64,000 nt of DNA from Phoronis australis (taxonomy: Eukaryota > Animalia > Phoronida). The stretch spans positions 419,944 to 483,943 of the forward strand of contig NMRA01000161.1 in the NCBI GenBank assembly GCA_002633005.1. Direction: 5' to 3'. Positions within the stretch are counted from its first letter, which is position 1; every line of letters starts with the position of its first letter. A program made the position numbers and the translations under genes. Of this stretch, positions 39,601 through 52,873 are shown piece by piece. The notes beneath the pieces were generated by a model, which saw only the letters and a list, made by a program, of their open reading frames with translations, was not told the DNA's origin and made no database searches.

Positions 39601-41390
39601 ATTCTCACTCCATGGTGTGAGCTGTCGGCTCATCAACCGTTCAGTTGAGGTAGACAGTGGAGCAACGAACTAACAGTTCGTCATTCCTTGACATTGCGCT
39701 TGGCACTTAAAATGATAGGCCGCGACAAACCGATTTGCAGACCTTGGTTTCGAACAATACTTTCACGAAAGTCTAGAAATCACATCCACGTTGACTAAGG
39801 AACAATTTGAGGACCATTTCATAGCCATAGGTGATCTAAATCAAATGCTGTCGGGTTTATAGACACTTGAACTTGTAAATGCAGTGATAACTATTTGCAT
39901 GTTCACAGCATTAAAGGTGGGAGACTCTGGCATGTACAGATGTGCTTTAGTGCGGTTTGAAAGAAATGTCCCCACGGTTCGCTTAAGTTCTTCTGAAGTC
40001 AACTTCAACGTTTCCAAGTAAGTATGTTGCAATGTAATGGATTCAGAACTTAGTATTACAAAAGTTTATTTTCACTGAAACAGGTATAAGTTAAGAACAG
40101 TACTAGATAAAGTCAAAGTTTGTTTTTTCAAACATGGACTGTCGCGCCAACATTGTTCGGTTAAATGAGCAATAACGAAACATTTTGCCTTTTCTCAAAA
40201 CGCAACATTTTACGACTCCCTGGTGTGAACTCGCTTTTCATTGTGTTAATCATTACTCAGATTAGAAATGCTTTCCAGTCTCGAATAGGACTGACAAATT
40301 GCATTGCTTTGCACCGTGAGAAATAATTTGTTATTCGCTAGTATAGGTTCAGTCACCAAGGCAGTATGGCCGTCAGGGTAATTTAAGATATTCAAAGAAC
40401 GAAAATGCAATGTTGCAAATTGCCTGTGAAAAAATATTGCTTCAACACAACGATACGGTTGCTATTGGTTTTAAGTTGATGATATAGACAAACGCAGAGT
40501 CATGGTCAACAGGACGTTATTTTCAGTGTAGACCGCTTCTTCAGGTACTCATCTTGAAATATATCAACCTTGAATTGTACATTTAATGAGTGATCCTGCC
40601 CTCTTATAAAACAGCGGGTCTTTTTGCAAAAGTACATGTGCACAAGAATGTCCGTCCCCGGTACAAACGGCGTCACCAAAAACAGTCAGATTAATAAGGT
40701 CAAACGTCATTAATCAAACCTTGCGCTTTAGTGGAAAAGATGAGTGCCACTGTATGAGTTCCGTCGATGCACTCATGGAATGAGCAGGTGCAGTTTAATG
40801 CGGCTTTTTGCACATATTTGTTCTCTGCATTTGCAATTTCTCAGTTTTATCCACACTTTTCAATAAGTTTACTTCTATTGTAGATTAATGGTTTAAAATA
40901 CGCCAGAAGAAGTCAATAGGTTGACTGGAACATCCGGACACTTTCTCTTAGTTACAGAAAACAAACTTCAGTTTAAAAAACATGAAATTCTGTCTTGTTA
41001 TTTCAAAGAGATATATGGCATCATTAGTACTTGCTAACTGCATTATCTTTCCGCTGAATTGTTTCACAATATGGTCGGGTTTAGGAACAGGAATGACAAC
41101 AAACTTGTAACGAATTGGTTATTTTTGTTTTTATTAAGAGACTCTTGACAAAATAATTTATCATTTTTTGGAGTTAGGTCAATCCAACAGGTACAAACAC
41201 GACATCAATTTCAAAATTTGTGAAGAGTCATGTTCCCAGCATTCTTAAGCGGCTATAAACACTCCTTCCATCATAAAGTCCATGAGGACATTTTAGGGTT
41301 AGGAGAAAACAGACAGTGATCAGGGAATTTGAAAACACATCCACCGCAAAACAATTAAAACTTGTGGTGTGTTTGATAGTCGTCGTACAT

Positions 41391-42540
41391 CATAGTCGGA
41401 TTTAGGGGGGCCAGGGGGCCCGCCCCGCCCCCCTTGGCTGCCGCATAAAAATAAAACAGCAACAGCGTAGGGAAATGTTGAGTTTATTAATTAACCCCGG
41501 TAATTAAAATTATACGGATGAAACAAGATTTAAATATGTGGAGTTTTAGTGTTTGGGGGGAGGGCTCAGATCCAATTTCAAGTGTCAAATGCGGTGCACG
41601 GCGCATTCGTAACGGAATTATGGAATTATGGCTAGGTATGCGCTCTCCCAGCGATATCCCAGGCGACCGTTTCCGTCGTCTGCTCCACTGTGCAATGAAG
41701 AAAATTTTCTTCATTTTTTAAAGAAAATGGAACCTGAGTGACGATGAAAAAACAGAAGCTGCTGGTAAGATGTGAATTTTAATCGAAGCCTTATTGGATC
41801 ACTCAGAAACTCATAATTCTCTCTTTCTCAAACCTTAACTTAAGACGATTTCCAAAGCAGTCCCGTCAGTATTGCCAACACGAAAAACGCATTTGGTCTT
41901 TTGGGCATTTTAAGACTATTTTAAATACAACAAATTTGTTAAGAACCGATTGCACAAAATATAAAACGTGTAATAAGCATTACAAAAAGAAGTAGGTTTC
42001 GCGCGCAAACGCTGTGAACCATAAACAAGTACTGTAGGTCTTTTATTAGCAAGTTATGAAGAAGGTCGTGGTGGTGTATTGGTAACTTTCATGCACGCGC
42101 CCCTTGTCCGCCAGTTTGTGAGTTCGAGTCACTGGTACATTGAGTTATTCCTGTTTGACACGTTCTCCGGTTTTTTTTTGGTCTTTTTTGCGTCCGCCAG
42201 GTTGTGAGTTCGAGTCTCCGGTACTTTCAGTTATTCCTGTTTGACACGTTCTCCGTTTTTTTTTGCGTCCGCCAGGTTGTGAGTTCGAGTCTCTGGTACT
42301 TTCAGTTTTTCCTGTTTGACACGTTCTCCGTTTTTCTTGCCTTTTTTTCTTGGATAATACTTCGGGAATAAAGGAAAATGTTTTATTTTTAGAGGAAAAA
42401 ACAGAAAAAATTCCTGGGCGGGAGGGGAGCCCACCTCTCCCCACTCGGTGCTATGCGCATCTATAATCGTGGTTTGAGCAAATGCTTACAGCCGGACAAA
42501 ATGTTGGGCCCCCCTTTGTGATATCCTAGATCCGCCACTG
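41391..42540. mobile_element. hAT-like non-autonomous element, 5-bp TSD TACAT
   Basis: Termini CATAGTCGGATTTAGG / CCTAGATCCGCCACTG; TACAT on both flanks. Confidence 0.6.
42064..42340 (+). repeat. tRNA/SINE-like head followed by 3 tandem B-box-containing units of about 75-85 nt
   Basis: A-box-like tggtgtattgg; gtgagttcgagtc x3, each unit ending in a T-run. Confidence 0.7.
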
Positions 42541-43982
42541 TACATGAACACTGAATGATTGACATTATTTGTCACTTTGAGTCATCGCACCAAGACACAT
42601 TTTTCAGAGAGGTACTGCTTCTAAAAAAGGTGCTCAGCCAAATAACCACGAAATTTGATAAGACAAGACAATACAATAAAATTCAACACATTGTGGCACT
42701 GGGTGTTTTCACGAGAAAAACTTCCAAATGTTGAATTCGCCTAAACTGGTTTTGCATACAGCGCAAGATTAACATCCAAGCGATATTTCATATTTTAACT
42801 TAGTTCACGAATTAATAATCAATTTCAGTTATCTTAATGTAAAAATTGCTGTCGTACAGCAGGTATCAGGCGACAGTCGTTATGTTTAGTTACTGGCCAC
42901 GAAATGCCCAAATTACGATGCACGGAAATCTTTACATTAACTAATATACCAAGAAACTTTCTTGTAGATATGGCATGCCTGTATAATGTTGCCCACTCCG
43001 TAAACATGCACTTGAATCTATCCTTTATTCTCAAGGCGATAACCCGTCGAGCGTCAAGGTTTAAAACCGGTTTGTTTGAAATTTCAATTAATGTTTTAGC
43101 GTATTTTTATTAAGTTGCGATAGAAAGGTTCATGCCAGAGACCTTGAGTTATTTTCTGGTACTGGTATTTTTCAGCAGCTGTCGATGGAAAATTTCTTAA
43201 AATTTGGCGTCATCACCCATCAGGTTATACCCCAAAAATGAAAAAAGTCAATTTTTAGAAAACGATTTTTTTTCAAAACTAAAAATTCCGTCTAGGTGTA
43301 TTGTACAGATAAGCTTTTTGTAAAAAAATACATGTATATATGTCGTATTCCCACTTTGTTTGATGTCCCCGTGTAGTCACTCATAAAACCATCTTAAATG
43401 GGATAGCTAAATACAGCGAGCATGACTTGCTTTCTAAACCCCATAGGTTGTGTCAATTCTCTCACTTCTGAAATATGAACGCTTTGCTAAGTGCAAAATA
43501 TTTAAGGCTAATTGTGGTAAAAGTAGTCCAATTACAAGGTCACTCATTTAACAGTTGAATGCAGACAACTAATATGATAGTCCTCCCAACGATTGCTTCA
43601 CTACCAACCATTATGTATCATTTTATTCTTAATTACGAGTGTCTGATTCCAAATGGTAAACGGGTGATCCATTTCATTTCACATCATTTCTAGTGATTAT
43701 CAACCATTTTTGTTCTATTTTTATAGATATCTGGTTGCAAAAAGTGGCTTATTTCATTTCGCCCCATTTCTAGTAATTACGTATCATTATATTCTTTCGA
43801 CAATAATGTCTAATTGGGAAAAGTAAACAGGGCAATTGTTTCCTACGTGTATAACTCTGCTGCCGTCCGTAGTTATCATCACTTGTAATGGGGCTATTCG
43901 GAAAATTTACAATAACTAGAGGGCGCGCGTGTACTAGTGGTGATAGATTAAGCAGCCTCGATTTCGCAAGTCCTTTAAAAAC

Positions 43983-45960
43983 ATGGTGAAATGGCTTGCA
44001 AGCGTGCCAACTGAATCTGAGATTGCGTGAAAAGGGTGCTTCTATGAGAGGAAGTAAGCACGAATTTATACAAAGGTAAGGTTTGTGATTATTTTATCGA
44101 TTATTCCATGTCTATTCTACTGATGCCTGTTAACTGAGGTACTCGCCGATGTCGACTTCGCGGCAGTCGCCAGTCGGGTTAATCTTTGTTTGTAGTGATG
44201 CGAGTTAACATACTTGACGTAAAACTCGGGATCTTTTCGTACATCAAAGCTTTAATATTGTTTAGAATGATTTCTAACAGGTTTATCAGTGACAGTTACA
44301 TCAATCTATGCTGAATGTTTATGCTGTCAACTCGATACAGGTTAGTAAGTTAAGATTAAAATCCAAGCTCTATGGCAAAGGGTACGTGACAAATATGCAT
44401 TGCATACACGTTGAAATCTATCATGTCTGTTTTTACGTGACCTTTGGTATTTAATGGTTTGAGGGCTGCACCGTACCTGAATTGACAAAAATTGCTTTCT
44501 GCAGCTCAGCAAGATCTTAATTCCCATCCAGTGCAGATCTGTTGTCAAAGCCTACTTTCTATATCGGAGACAACGAACAAAGCCTTTGAAAAGGAACAGC
44601 TATTTTTAAAGAAAAGTATGTAAGTCGTTTTGTTAAATTTACTTATTATGGTCCTTAACGAGGGATTGGCATAGGGGTTTGGGGTTGTAAAATTTGTTGA
44701 AACTGAATGTGTGGAAGTAACAGGTAATACATGTCAGGGGGAACGAGCATTGTAAGGTAATTCTTAATCCTCTTGAAGTTCCTTCAAGTTTATTTCATGA
44801 AACTTTTTTGCTATCAATTGTAAACCCATAAAAATCTCATTTTCTGAATTCTCAGTGACTGAATAGTCTTAACTCGTGCCTTGAAATGTTGAAAGTCGTT
44901 TACAAATTCAAATGACTACCATTTTTGTGAAAATTGCATTTTTGATGGTGCCTTACGATTTGTAATTACTGTTAAACAATAGAAAGATTATCGAACATTT
45001 TTAAATGACCCAAGTCTTCATACATGTACATGTATCTTCTATTGGAAGAAAATTAAGTCTGAGAAACGGTTTCCTCAGCCTTAGACTAGAAGTACATGTA
45101 TGCTTGACAGACCCAAGAATCTGTAATCGGAGCTTAAAATTGCTGAAAGTATCAAAAATAAAAAGGCTTGAAAATGAGTAAAAAAAGGTTTGAAATTGTC
45201 GCAAAAAATTGTATGTGTTGAAGACTAGTGATGCGCTTAAAGAATTGCTATGGCTACGAATGAAAAATAAAGACACATTTTTATGCAATAGTTATTAAAA
45301 ACACCCTTGGTTTCTGAAAATAGTAATTATTTAATTGTATGTGAAATTGTAGAGCAGTCACCATTTCATATTTTTGAAAAACAGGGGTGGTATTTTTGAC
45401 CCAACCTGGAGTACTTAATTATTCATATTTCAATATTCGTTCCAGGTTCAGTGATATTTTAAGGCCACTTCAAGCCGCAACATAGACAAACTTTGTTACT
45501 CATTTCTCTTCCCACAGCACTTCCACACACCAGCAGTGATGCATGGCACAATGTAGAAGACAGTGGCCCTGGAGAAATGTGAATTGCAGTACTAAGTTAC
45601 CATAAGACAGTGTGTCAGTGGATTGTTTGTGTATGAAGAGGAAATATATCTGACTGCGACACAAGTAAGCCTGGTCGGAGAGGATGCCCTTTAATAGGCA
45701 ATGAGTCGTGTGTGGACAATAGCTTATTTCCTTTCCTGGAAGAAACATGAGGGACTGAAGCTAATGAAGACCCAGCGACACTCTGGTCTAGTTCAGGGTC
45801 CGATTTTGGGCACAAAACGATTCAAGTGATATGCTGATATGCACGGGTCTAATTGTGGATGTTATTGAGGCTGAATGAGGTTACGTGAAAGAAAGCCACA
45901 TGCCGAAACTGAACCTTTTTACAAGCGCTTCTGTAGGCCATTGAAACTAGATCCCAGTGA
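43983..45960 (+). pseudogene. SAP-domain / YqaJ-like (lambda exonuclease fold) nuclease pseudogene of the transposon
   Basis: Exon to 44075 gives LREKGASMRGSKHEFIQR (SAP). From 45446: TPAVMHG, GLFVYEEEIYLTAT..LVGED, LKL...VQG, PKLNLFY. Multiple stops and frameshifts. Confidence 0.75.
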
Positions 45961-46629
45961 AATGAAAAGCAAAAGCATCTGGTATAAATAGCTGTCCTTT
46001 CTCACTGAGTGGCATTAGCTTTAATTTTTCCTTTCTGAAGAAAGGCTTTATACCAATGGTAAAAACTTTTCAATTTCTTACACATTATGGGTAAATGACA
46101 TTCAGTGACTCCATCGATTGTCTTATTGTCAGTAGACAGCCCGTTAATGACACACTTTGATGATAAAAAAATTTTTAACCAACAGGCAAGTTTGCCACTA
46201 AATATTGAAACCACAATATTTCTTCAGTTTTAAAGCCCCATATAGTGCATTTGTGCTTATTCTTGATAAAGCTGAATTGATTACCGAATACACTTGCGAA
46301 TTGTCATTTTCCTGTTGACCTATAGAAATGTCCAGCGATCAAAATGAAGTATTCCCTCTGTTTGCATTTGATTTGTTTGTGTGTGCAATTATTTTTAGAG
46401 CTTTTTCAAGAAGGCATTTGAACAATTTTATGGTTTGTGTTAACTTGTCTATGAACAAAAGTTCCACATGCAAGAAAACTAATACTATGTTTTCAATTGT
46501 AACTAGCTGGATAAGTATCTGCTATGCAGAAAATTCCAGAATAAACAATTATCAGTGCACATGTGTATTTAAAAACAAAATGGCAAAATGAACAAGCACA
46601 TACAAACATACATACATACAAAGAAACAA

Positions 46630-47597
46630 CATTGCAATGGAATCCATAATCGGGCATATCAAGTGCTGAATTTCTGAATAAGGTTCATTCCTCTCAGGTT
46701 ATTACTGAAGGAGGATTGCTTTTCACTTTGTCCAAAGGTAGAATAGATGGTCAGGCGGTTGGTTTCAGTTGTTTTCTCTCACCTGTAGCAGAATAGTGGG
46801 AGAAATGTTAGCAAATTATAAAAGAAAACACAAGACAAACTACTTTTGTAAGGCAGAGCATACTTGACGTTTCATCTTCATGTTTGTATTTAGATACTAA
46901 TACTCTTTGTTTAATAACTGAATTAAAATATGTGAAACAGGCTAAAAGTGATTTAACAATGTGTATTTTTCATGACACCTAATATGAGCTTCTGATCTCA
47001 ACAATTAAAATTCATTCTATGTGTAAATTTTTATTGCAATGCAATGTTACAACATTTACTGAATTAAGGCTTATTCATGTTAATTCGGTAACTAATCTGG
47101 TAGTCCTGGGGGTGGTTTCCGCTATAAAATAAGGAAACTCACTCATCTAGAGAAGTTTATTGGACACAGCATAGCTTTGAAGAGAAACTGCTGTGAAAAA
47201 GTCACCCTTGACTTCTGAGCGTCACGTACCATACACCTCTTATATTGGGCACTCTCCTACCCAGGACAATATGAGTATGTGCTGCTAGCCTACCCAGCAT
47301 CCGAGCCCCGGGTGCGTTTCCGAAAAGAAACACTTAACTCCACTCAATAAACCCGTTATTCAGTGGGGTAACTGGTGGGGATAACATCACCGAACGATGT
47401 CGGTAGAAACTGATTGCTAAAAACTTACCAAGTAAATGGAAATGCATAGAGTACACAAGGGACTTCAGCATCCACACACTGTTTGTCAGTTAGAGCCTTT
47501 TGACCGTAATTGTCCACGAATATAGTAACATTACGTCTTTTGGGAATTTGTGGCCACCTGTCGAAGACTTGCACCACGGAAATAGCTGTAATAAGGC
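46630..47597 (-). pseudogene. THAP-domain N-terminus of transposase, pseudogene
   Basis: 47597-47429 gives PWCKSSTGGHKFPKD...W..TVKR...W...LVYSMHF then gtaagt; exon from 46782 gives RKQLKPTA*PSI (AVPT box). DDE core not recognisable. Confidence 0.75.
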
Positions 47598-49699
47598 TTA
47601 GCGCGACGACGTATTTTGATAACTATTCCATGTTATACCAGTTGTTTACATGCAGACAGCGACGCATGCGCAATTCAATCACCACTAGTACAGCAGCGAC
47701 ACCGCGAGAAGAATTATCCGAATGACCCCATTAAGACAGCAGACATTGATCTATTTACATCAGCAATCCCAGTAATGAGCATAAGACAAAAGTGTGTCGC
47801 TTCATAATTATTTCATTTTTTAAATCATAATTCCTAATGTTGTCCATAGTATAGATCATTGTGATTCGTTCCCCCCACCCCCCACCCCCAGTTTCTTCTT
47901 TCTTAATGACTTCTCATTGTCACTCCAGCTGTCTTTCGTCTACCACGCGTCATTTTTACAGTCATAGCCCACGTTAATATATGACGTGTTGCATTTGCGG
48001 CAGCGCATTGTCAAATCCTTTGTGTTTCTTATATATAAAAGCGTTTCTACGCTAGATGTTTGTAATTTTTGAGGTTTTGGACCGTGTAATAAGTATGCAG
48101 AAACTTCTGATTTCAGAGAAGTAATTCAAGCCTTTTATTGAATCACGATTTATTTTTCTAACCACTCTCGAGAAAGATATTTCTTGAACTGTAAATCAAA
48201 CAGCAGTTTTTACCCTGACTGTCAAAAAATCCAGTCAAGAATGCCGGACTGATTTGATTTCTTCGAATGTGGAGTGCATTTGTCAGAAACGATCATTTCT
48301 AATTATAGTGATGCTAACTGGATTTTATTTCTGTTAAATAATACTAGTTTTGCTGTTGTGTATTCCAAAATTTTTAAAGCTTTGTACCGTTTCAATTCGT
48401 CGGTTATTTCGGTCCAGTGTCCGACTGCAGCGTCTGTGCCGCCTGTGGTCGTGACTTCAAACTATTTGTCTGGCATCTACATCTCATTTTCTACTATTAA
48501 ATATTGAGGTATACATGTATGTGGATACTATGCATGCCACAGAATCTTGAACAAGATTGGACAGGTGGAAACTTCATGAAATCACATTCATTATTCCAGT
48601 AACAATTCGACACTGAGGCTCATATTTAAAATATCACATCATGATTGTTGGTAACAGAATTTATGACCATAGTATGAAGGGTTTAAACCTAGTCTAACAA
48701 AGACTCACACACTCAGTTAATTCGGGCATGTCTTTATAAATAATCTGGGCTTGCTGCTTTGCTGGGGGTAAAGCACCTCGCCTAGCCTAGCCTAGTCATG
48801 GTGGTAGCAAGGTTTGTAAAGGCTGTTCTCATGGCATGTTCAAAAAGCATCAAATTCCTGTCATTTGGCTTTCCAGTAAAGTATGCACCTTATTCATTCA
48901 CAGCTGCTATCCGCAACTTGCTTTTATTTCAGTCACGTCATAGCGGGTGCAGGTGGTACGGAGGTGTGCCCGGGTAATGGTCATGAGGTTATCCGTGTTG
49001 GCAGCACACTTCTAATTTCCATAAATTGTGTATTTCATGTTTTTATTGCTGCAATCTTTTAAGTCATAATTTTGTCCATTGTTCGGATACGACATTCTTT
49101 TCAAAATTCACATGAAATATTTTAACAAAGCCCCCAACTAAAGTCTTAAAGGCATCTTAAGTGAGCACACTGCCTGAAGTTCTATACAAAGAAAATGGGC
49201 CTTTTAAGTAGCTGCGAACACGAGTATTCCGTCAGTCGTTGGGCAATTCGCAGTCACGTGTTGCCCGGTGCCTGCATAAACGCACATAGATAGTCTCGCA
49301 TATAACCTCTCTCAGCGTTAGAGTGTGACAAATAATTTAAACTCACTTTAGCAGAAGAATAAAATATCTGAAATACACCCATAAGTCTTACTCACTGTGA
49401 AAACTGAACAAATTATTATAAGTCAGTGCTGTTCTAATATTAATTAATTAATTAATTTAATTAATCCTTTATTTGGCAATTGTGAAGTTGGAGCGCAATA
49501 CAAATTTCTGTCTCAAGTCTTAAGTCACTTTTCATAAAACAGACCCCTGGTGAACAACCCTGACATCGAGGCGAGGTTAGATATTCGTACTCGAAATCGA
49601 GCTCAAAATAATTTTTGACATTCGATGTACTTTTGTGCTCGGCTCAGTGTGGTTTACGGGGATGTGTTTATTTTCCAAGCCGTTCACCAGAACTTAATA

Positions 49700-50940
49700 G
49701 TATTTGAGGCTGGATGCGAAAGTATATGTTTTAACAAAGTTGGTTAAACTGCCGTTCGGCCAACAACATTCAAATCGTGTTTGCTTACTACTAACTCATT
49801 GTTTGCTGTATGCTGCTAATCGGACTGTAATGCTGCGTTTGTACTGAAAATTCCCAAAACTGGTAATGGTTTTTCATTTGCCACAAAATATTGACTGTGT
49901 GATGGAGATAAAACATGTTTTCCAAGTTTCAACGAGACCTTCTCGGAAATGAATTTGTCCGGTGATCCAGTATCTACATGTACGTCAAATGTCTGTTTGT
50001 TGCCGCATATGTGAACAACAATCTGAATTGGATCTCGATCCGAAATGGGATTAAATTTCTGTTCTGGCCTTGCTAAAATACTGCTTACTTTATCCCCAGC
50101 CTTTCTTTTGCTGAGACATACAGCCTCTATATGCCCTTTCTTGTTACAGAAACGCCATTCAGTCTCTTTAAAACGACAATCCATTGTTGCGTGGTCTTTT
50201 TTCCACAACGGGGACATGTTCCCTTTGGAAAACCCTAAACTTCTGTGCTTTGCCCTGCCTGCTTTCTTCCCTCCTCTTGTTTTGTAACTTAAGCACTGGA
50301 TCTCCGTAAAACGTTTCTTTTGCAACTTTGAACGCCTCTTCAATTTCTGTTGCTATTTCAATGGCTTTCTCAAAAGATAAGTCGTCGTCTTTTATTTAGA
50401 AAAGGGCTTTTAGGACCGCCTCATTATTAATTGAACAAATAAATCTAGTTCTCATAGTTTCATCCTGAGGATCCTTTATTGTTGGAAAATCGCATTTTGC
50501 AGCGTCTTGTCGACTACGAGCTGCTAGCTCCTGTATTGTCTCACCTGGCTGTCTTCTTGTGTTAGACCATAATTTGAAGAGCTTCCGGACTACAAAATAC
50601 TTCGAATCGAATTGATTCTCCGTAAATGTTGTAATTTCATTGGTTGTCAGTTGATTGATATCCTTGAAAGGTGTCTGCTGCTCTTCCAAAGTTGCAAGCC
50701 ACTTATACATGTAAACTGTGGACGTCTGATTCGTCAAGAAAGTTTGTGAAAGTTCTACCATAGGTATGGAGTGTGCCTCTGCAAATGTTTAGACCAATAA
50801 TCCTTCCAGAGTTCCACTAAACTGTCGAACGCACCATTGTTCGCGCAGATGTCGTTGGTTGGTGCATCAGCCTTCTTGTGATCATCTCAGCAAAACGCAG
50901 ACGACTATCTCTTGGTTGATTTGTTGTTGTAATAACGAAA
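49700..50940 (-). mobile_element. Ty3/Gypsy LTR retrotransposon fragment (gag, Zn knuckles, aspartic protease), degenerate
   Basis: RQPGETIQELAAR..QDAAKCDF, MRTRFICSINNEAVLKALF, FCNKKGHIEAVC, VDTGS; frameshifted; no LTR seen. Confidence 0.85.
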
Positions 50941-52873
50941 CTAGAAAGATTATTGTCACGGCGTGACAATAACGGACTCTGCGCGTGCACATTTTGAACG
51001 TTACATGACCTTTGCACTAATTGACCTTGTCCGGTGCATTTTAAGCATCTTTAGGAGAATTATTGCAAAGCCCATGGAAAATGTGTTTAACGCTGAGAAT
51101 CACAATTGTCTAACGGTTGACACATCAGAATACTTGCTGATTGAAAAGGTCAAATTTTCAGAAGAAAAATGCACCTAATGACCCCATGTTTGCACTAAAT
51201 GACCTGAAACTTTGAATTCCGATTTGATTTACCAGTGGCAATCAGACCTGTCAATTTGAAGTGTCTAGCACAAAATTTTAGTTTGCACCTAATGACCTTT
51301 GTCCTATTTCACCTGATTGGATGACCCGATTACTTAAAAAAGTAATTTTTAAATTGTCATGTTGACTAGTACCTGTGCACCGAATTTGAAAAAGATAGCT
51401 TTAAAACTGAAGGAGGAGTAGCATTTTGAAAATTATATGACCTTTGCACCAAACGACCTCTTCCGGTACAGTATGGAATGTGGAACCAATCAAAATTTAT
51501 GTACTGTCAAAAGTCATATGCGGAATTTAAAGACCGTACCTGCACCCAATTTGGAGTTATTAAGAATCAAAGTGGGTCGGAAGAAGAATAAGAATAAGAG
51601 CCAGAAATATTATTGTCACGGCGTGACAATAACGGACTCTGCGCGTGCGTATTACTGGAATTATTATGGGAAGTTACTGACAGCAACCCGTTTACCGATA
51701 TGAAAAGGAATTCTTTAAAATTGTAGGAGGAATTACATATTAATATTTTGATGACCTTTCTACTAATTGACCTCTTTCGGTGCATTAGGAGCCACGATGA
51801 GGGAATAATTGTGAACTCGATTAAAAGTGTGGTTAATGCTAAAAATCACAGATGTTTTACTTTAAGCACTTCAGAATACAAGATGAATGAATTGGTCAAA
51901 CTTTCAGAAGAAAAATGCACCTAATGACCCCATGGGTGCACCAAATGACCTGAAAATTTAGAATTCAAACTCAATCGCACTTAGTAAACAGATATGTAAT
52001 TTTGAAGTCTCTAGCTCAATGACCTTTGACCTATTTTTTTCTGATTGGTTAGGCCTATTGCGAAGTAAAGTAGGGTATTCAATTGGCATGTTGACTTATA
52101 CCAGTGTGCTGAAATTGAAAAGAATTCCTTGAAAAACGTAAGACATAACATTTTGAACATTACATGACCTTTGCACTAATTGACCTTATCCGGTGCATTT
52201 TAAGCATCTTTAAGAGAATTATTACAAAGCCCATGGAAAATGTGTTTAACGCTGAGAATTACAGTTGTCTAACGGTTGACACATCAGAATACTTACTGAT
52301 TGAAAAGGTCAAATTTTCAGAAGAAAAATGCACCTAATGACCCCATGTTTGCACTAAATGACCTGAAACTTTGGATTCCGATTTGATTTACCTGTGGCAA
52401 TTAGACCTGTCAATTTGAACTGTCTAGTTCAAAATTTTAGTTTGCACCTAATGAAAAAGATAGCTTTTATACTGAATGAGGAGTAGCATTTTGAAAATTA
52501 TATGACCTTTGCAACAAACGACCTCTTCCGGTGCAATATGGAATAGGATTATATAACCAATCAAAATTTATATACTGTCAAAAGTCATATGCTGAATTTA
52601 AAGACCGTACCTGCACCCAATTTGGAGTTATTAAGCCTCAAAGTTGGTCGGAAGAAGAATAAGAATAAGAAGAATAAGAAGAATAAGAATAAAATTGAAG
52701 AAACCCCAGGAACAACAGTACTCTGCGCTTACACGCGCAGAGTAATAAGAATAAGAATAAAATTGAAGAAAACCCAGGAACAACAGTACTCTGCGCTTAC
52801 ACGCGCAGAGTAATAAAATTGAAGAAAACCCAGGAACAACAGTACTCTGCGCTTACACGCGAAGGAGTAATAA
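50941..52873 (-). mobile_element. Helentron/HINE-like element, head-to-tail dimer with triplicated terminus
   Basis: Terminal hairpin ttattgtcacg-g-cgtgacaataa at 50950 and 51610; subTIR actctgcgc; (AAGAAT)n; actctgcgc-ttacac-gcgcagagt palindrome x3 (third degenerate); 50990-51600 duplicated at 52150-52670. Confidence 0.75.

Larger units (their letters stand above)
43890..47729. mobile_element. ISL2EU-type (PIF/Harbinger superfamily) DNA transposon, decayed
   Basis: TIR GGGGCTATTCGGAAAATT / AATTATCCGAATGACCCC, AT duplication on both sides, subterminal inverted TGTACTAGTGGTGAT, convergent SAP-YqaJ (+) and THAP (-) relics. Confidence 0.85.

Noticed and set aside
37519-42540. Pairing CAGTGGTGGATCTAGGATA at 37519 with the 42540 end as one 5-kb element
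   Set aside because: No TSD for this pairing, whereas 41391-42540 has exact TACAT flanks.
45500-46214. Minus-strand ORFs in the ORF track
   Set aside because: Those at 45500-45815 are antisense to the decayed YqaJ gene; none shows a recognisable DDE motif.
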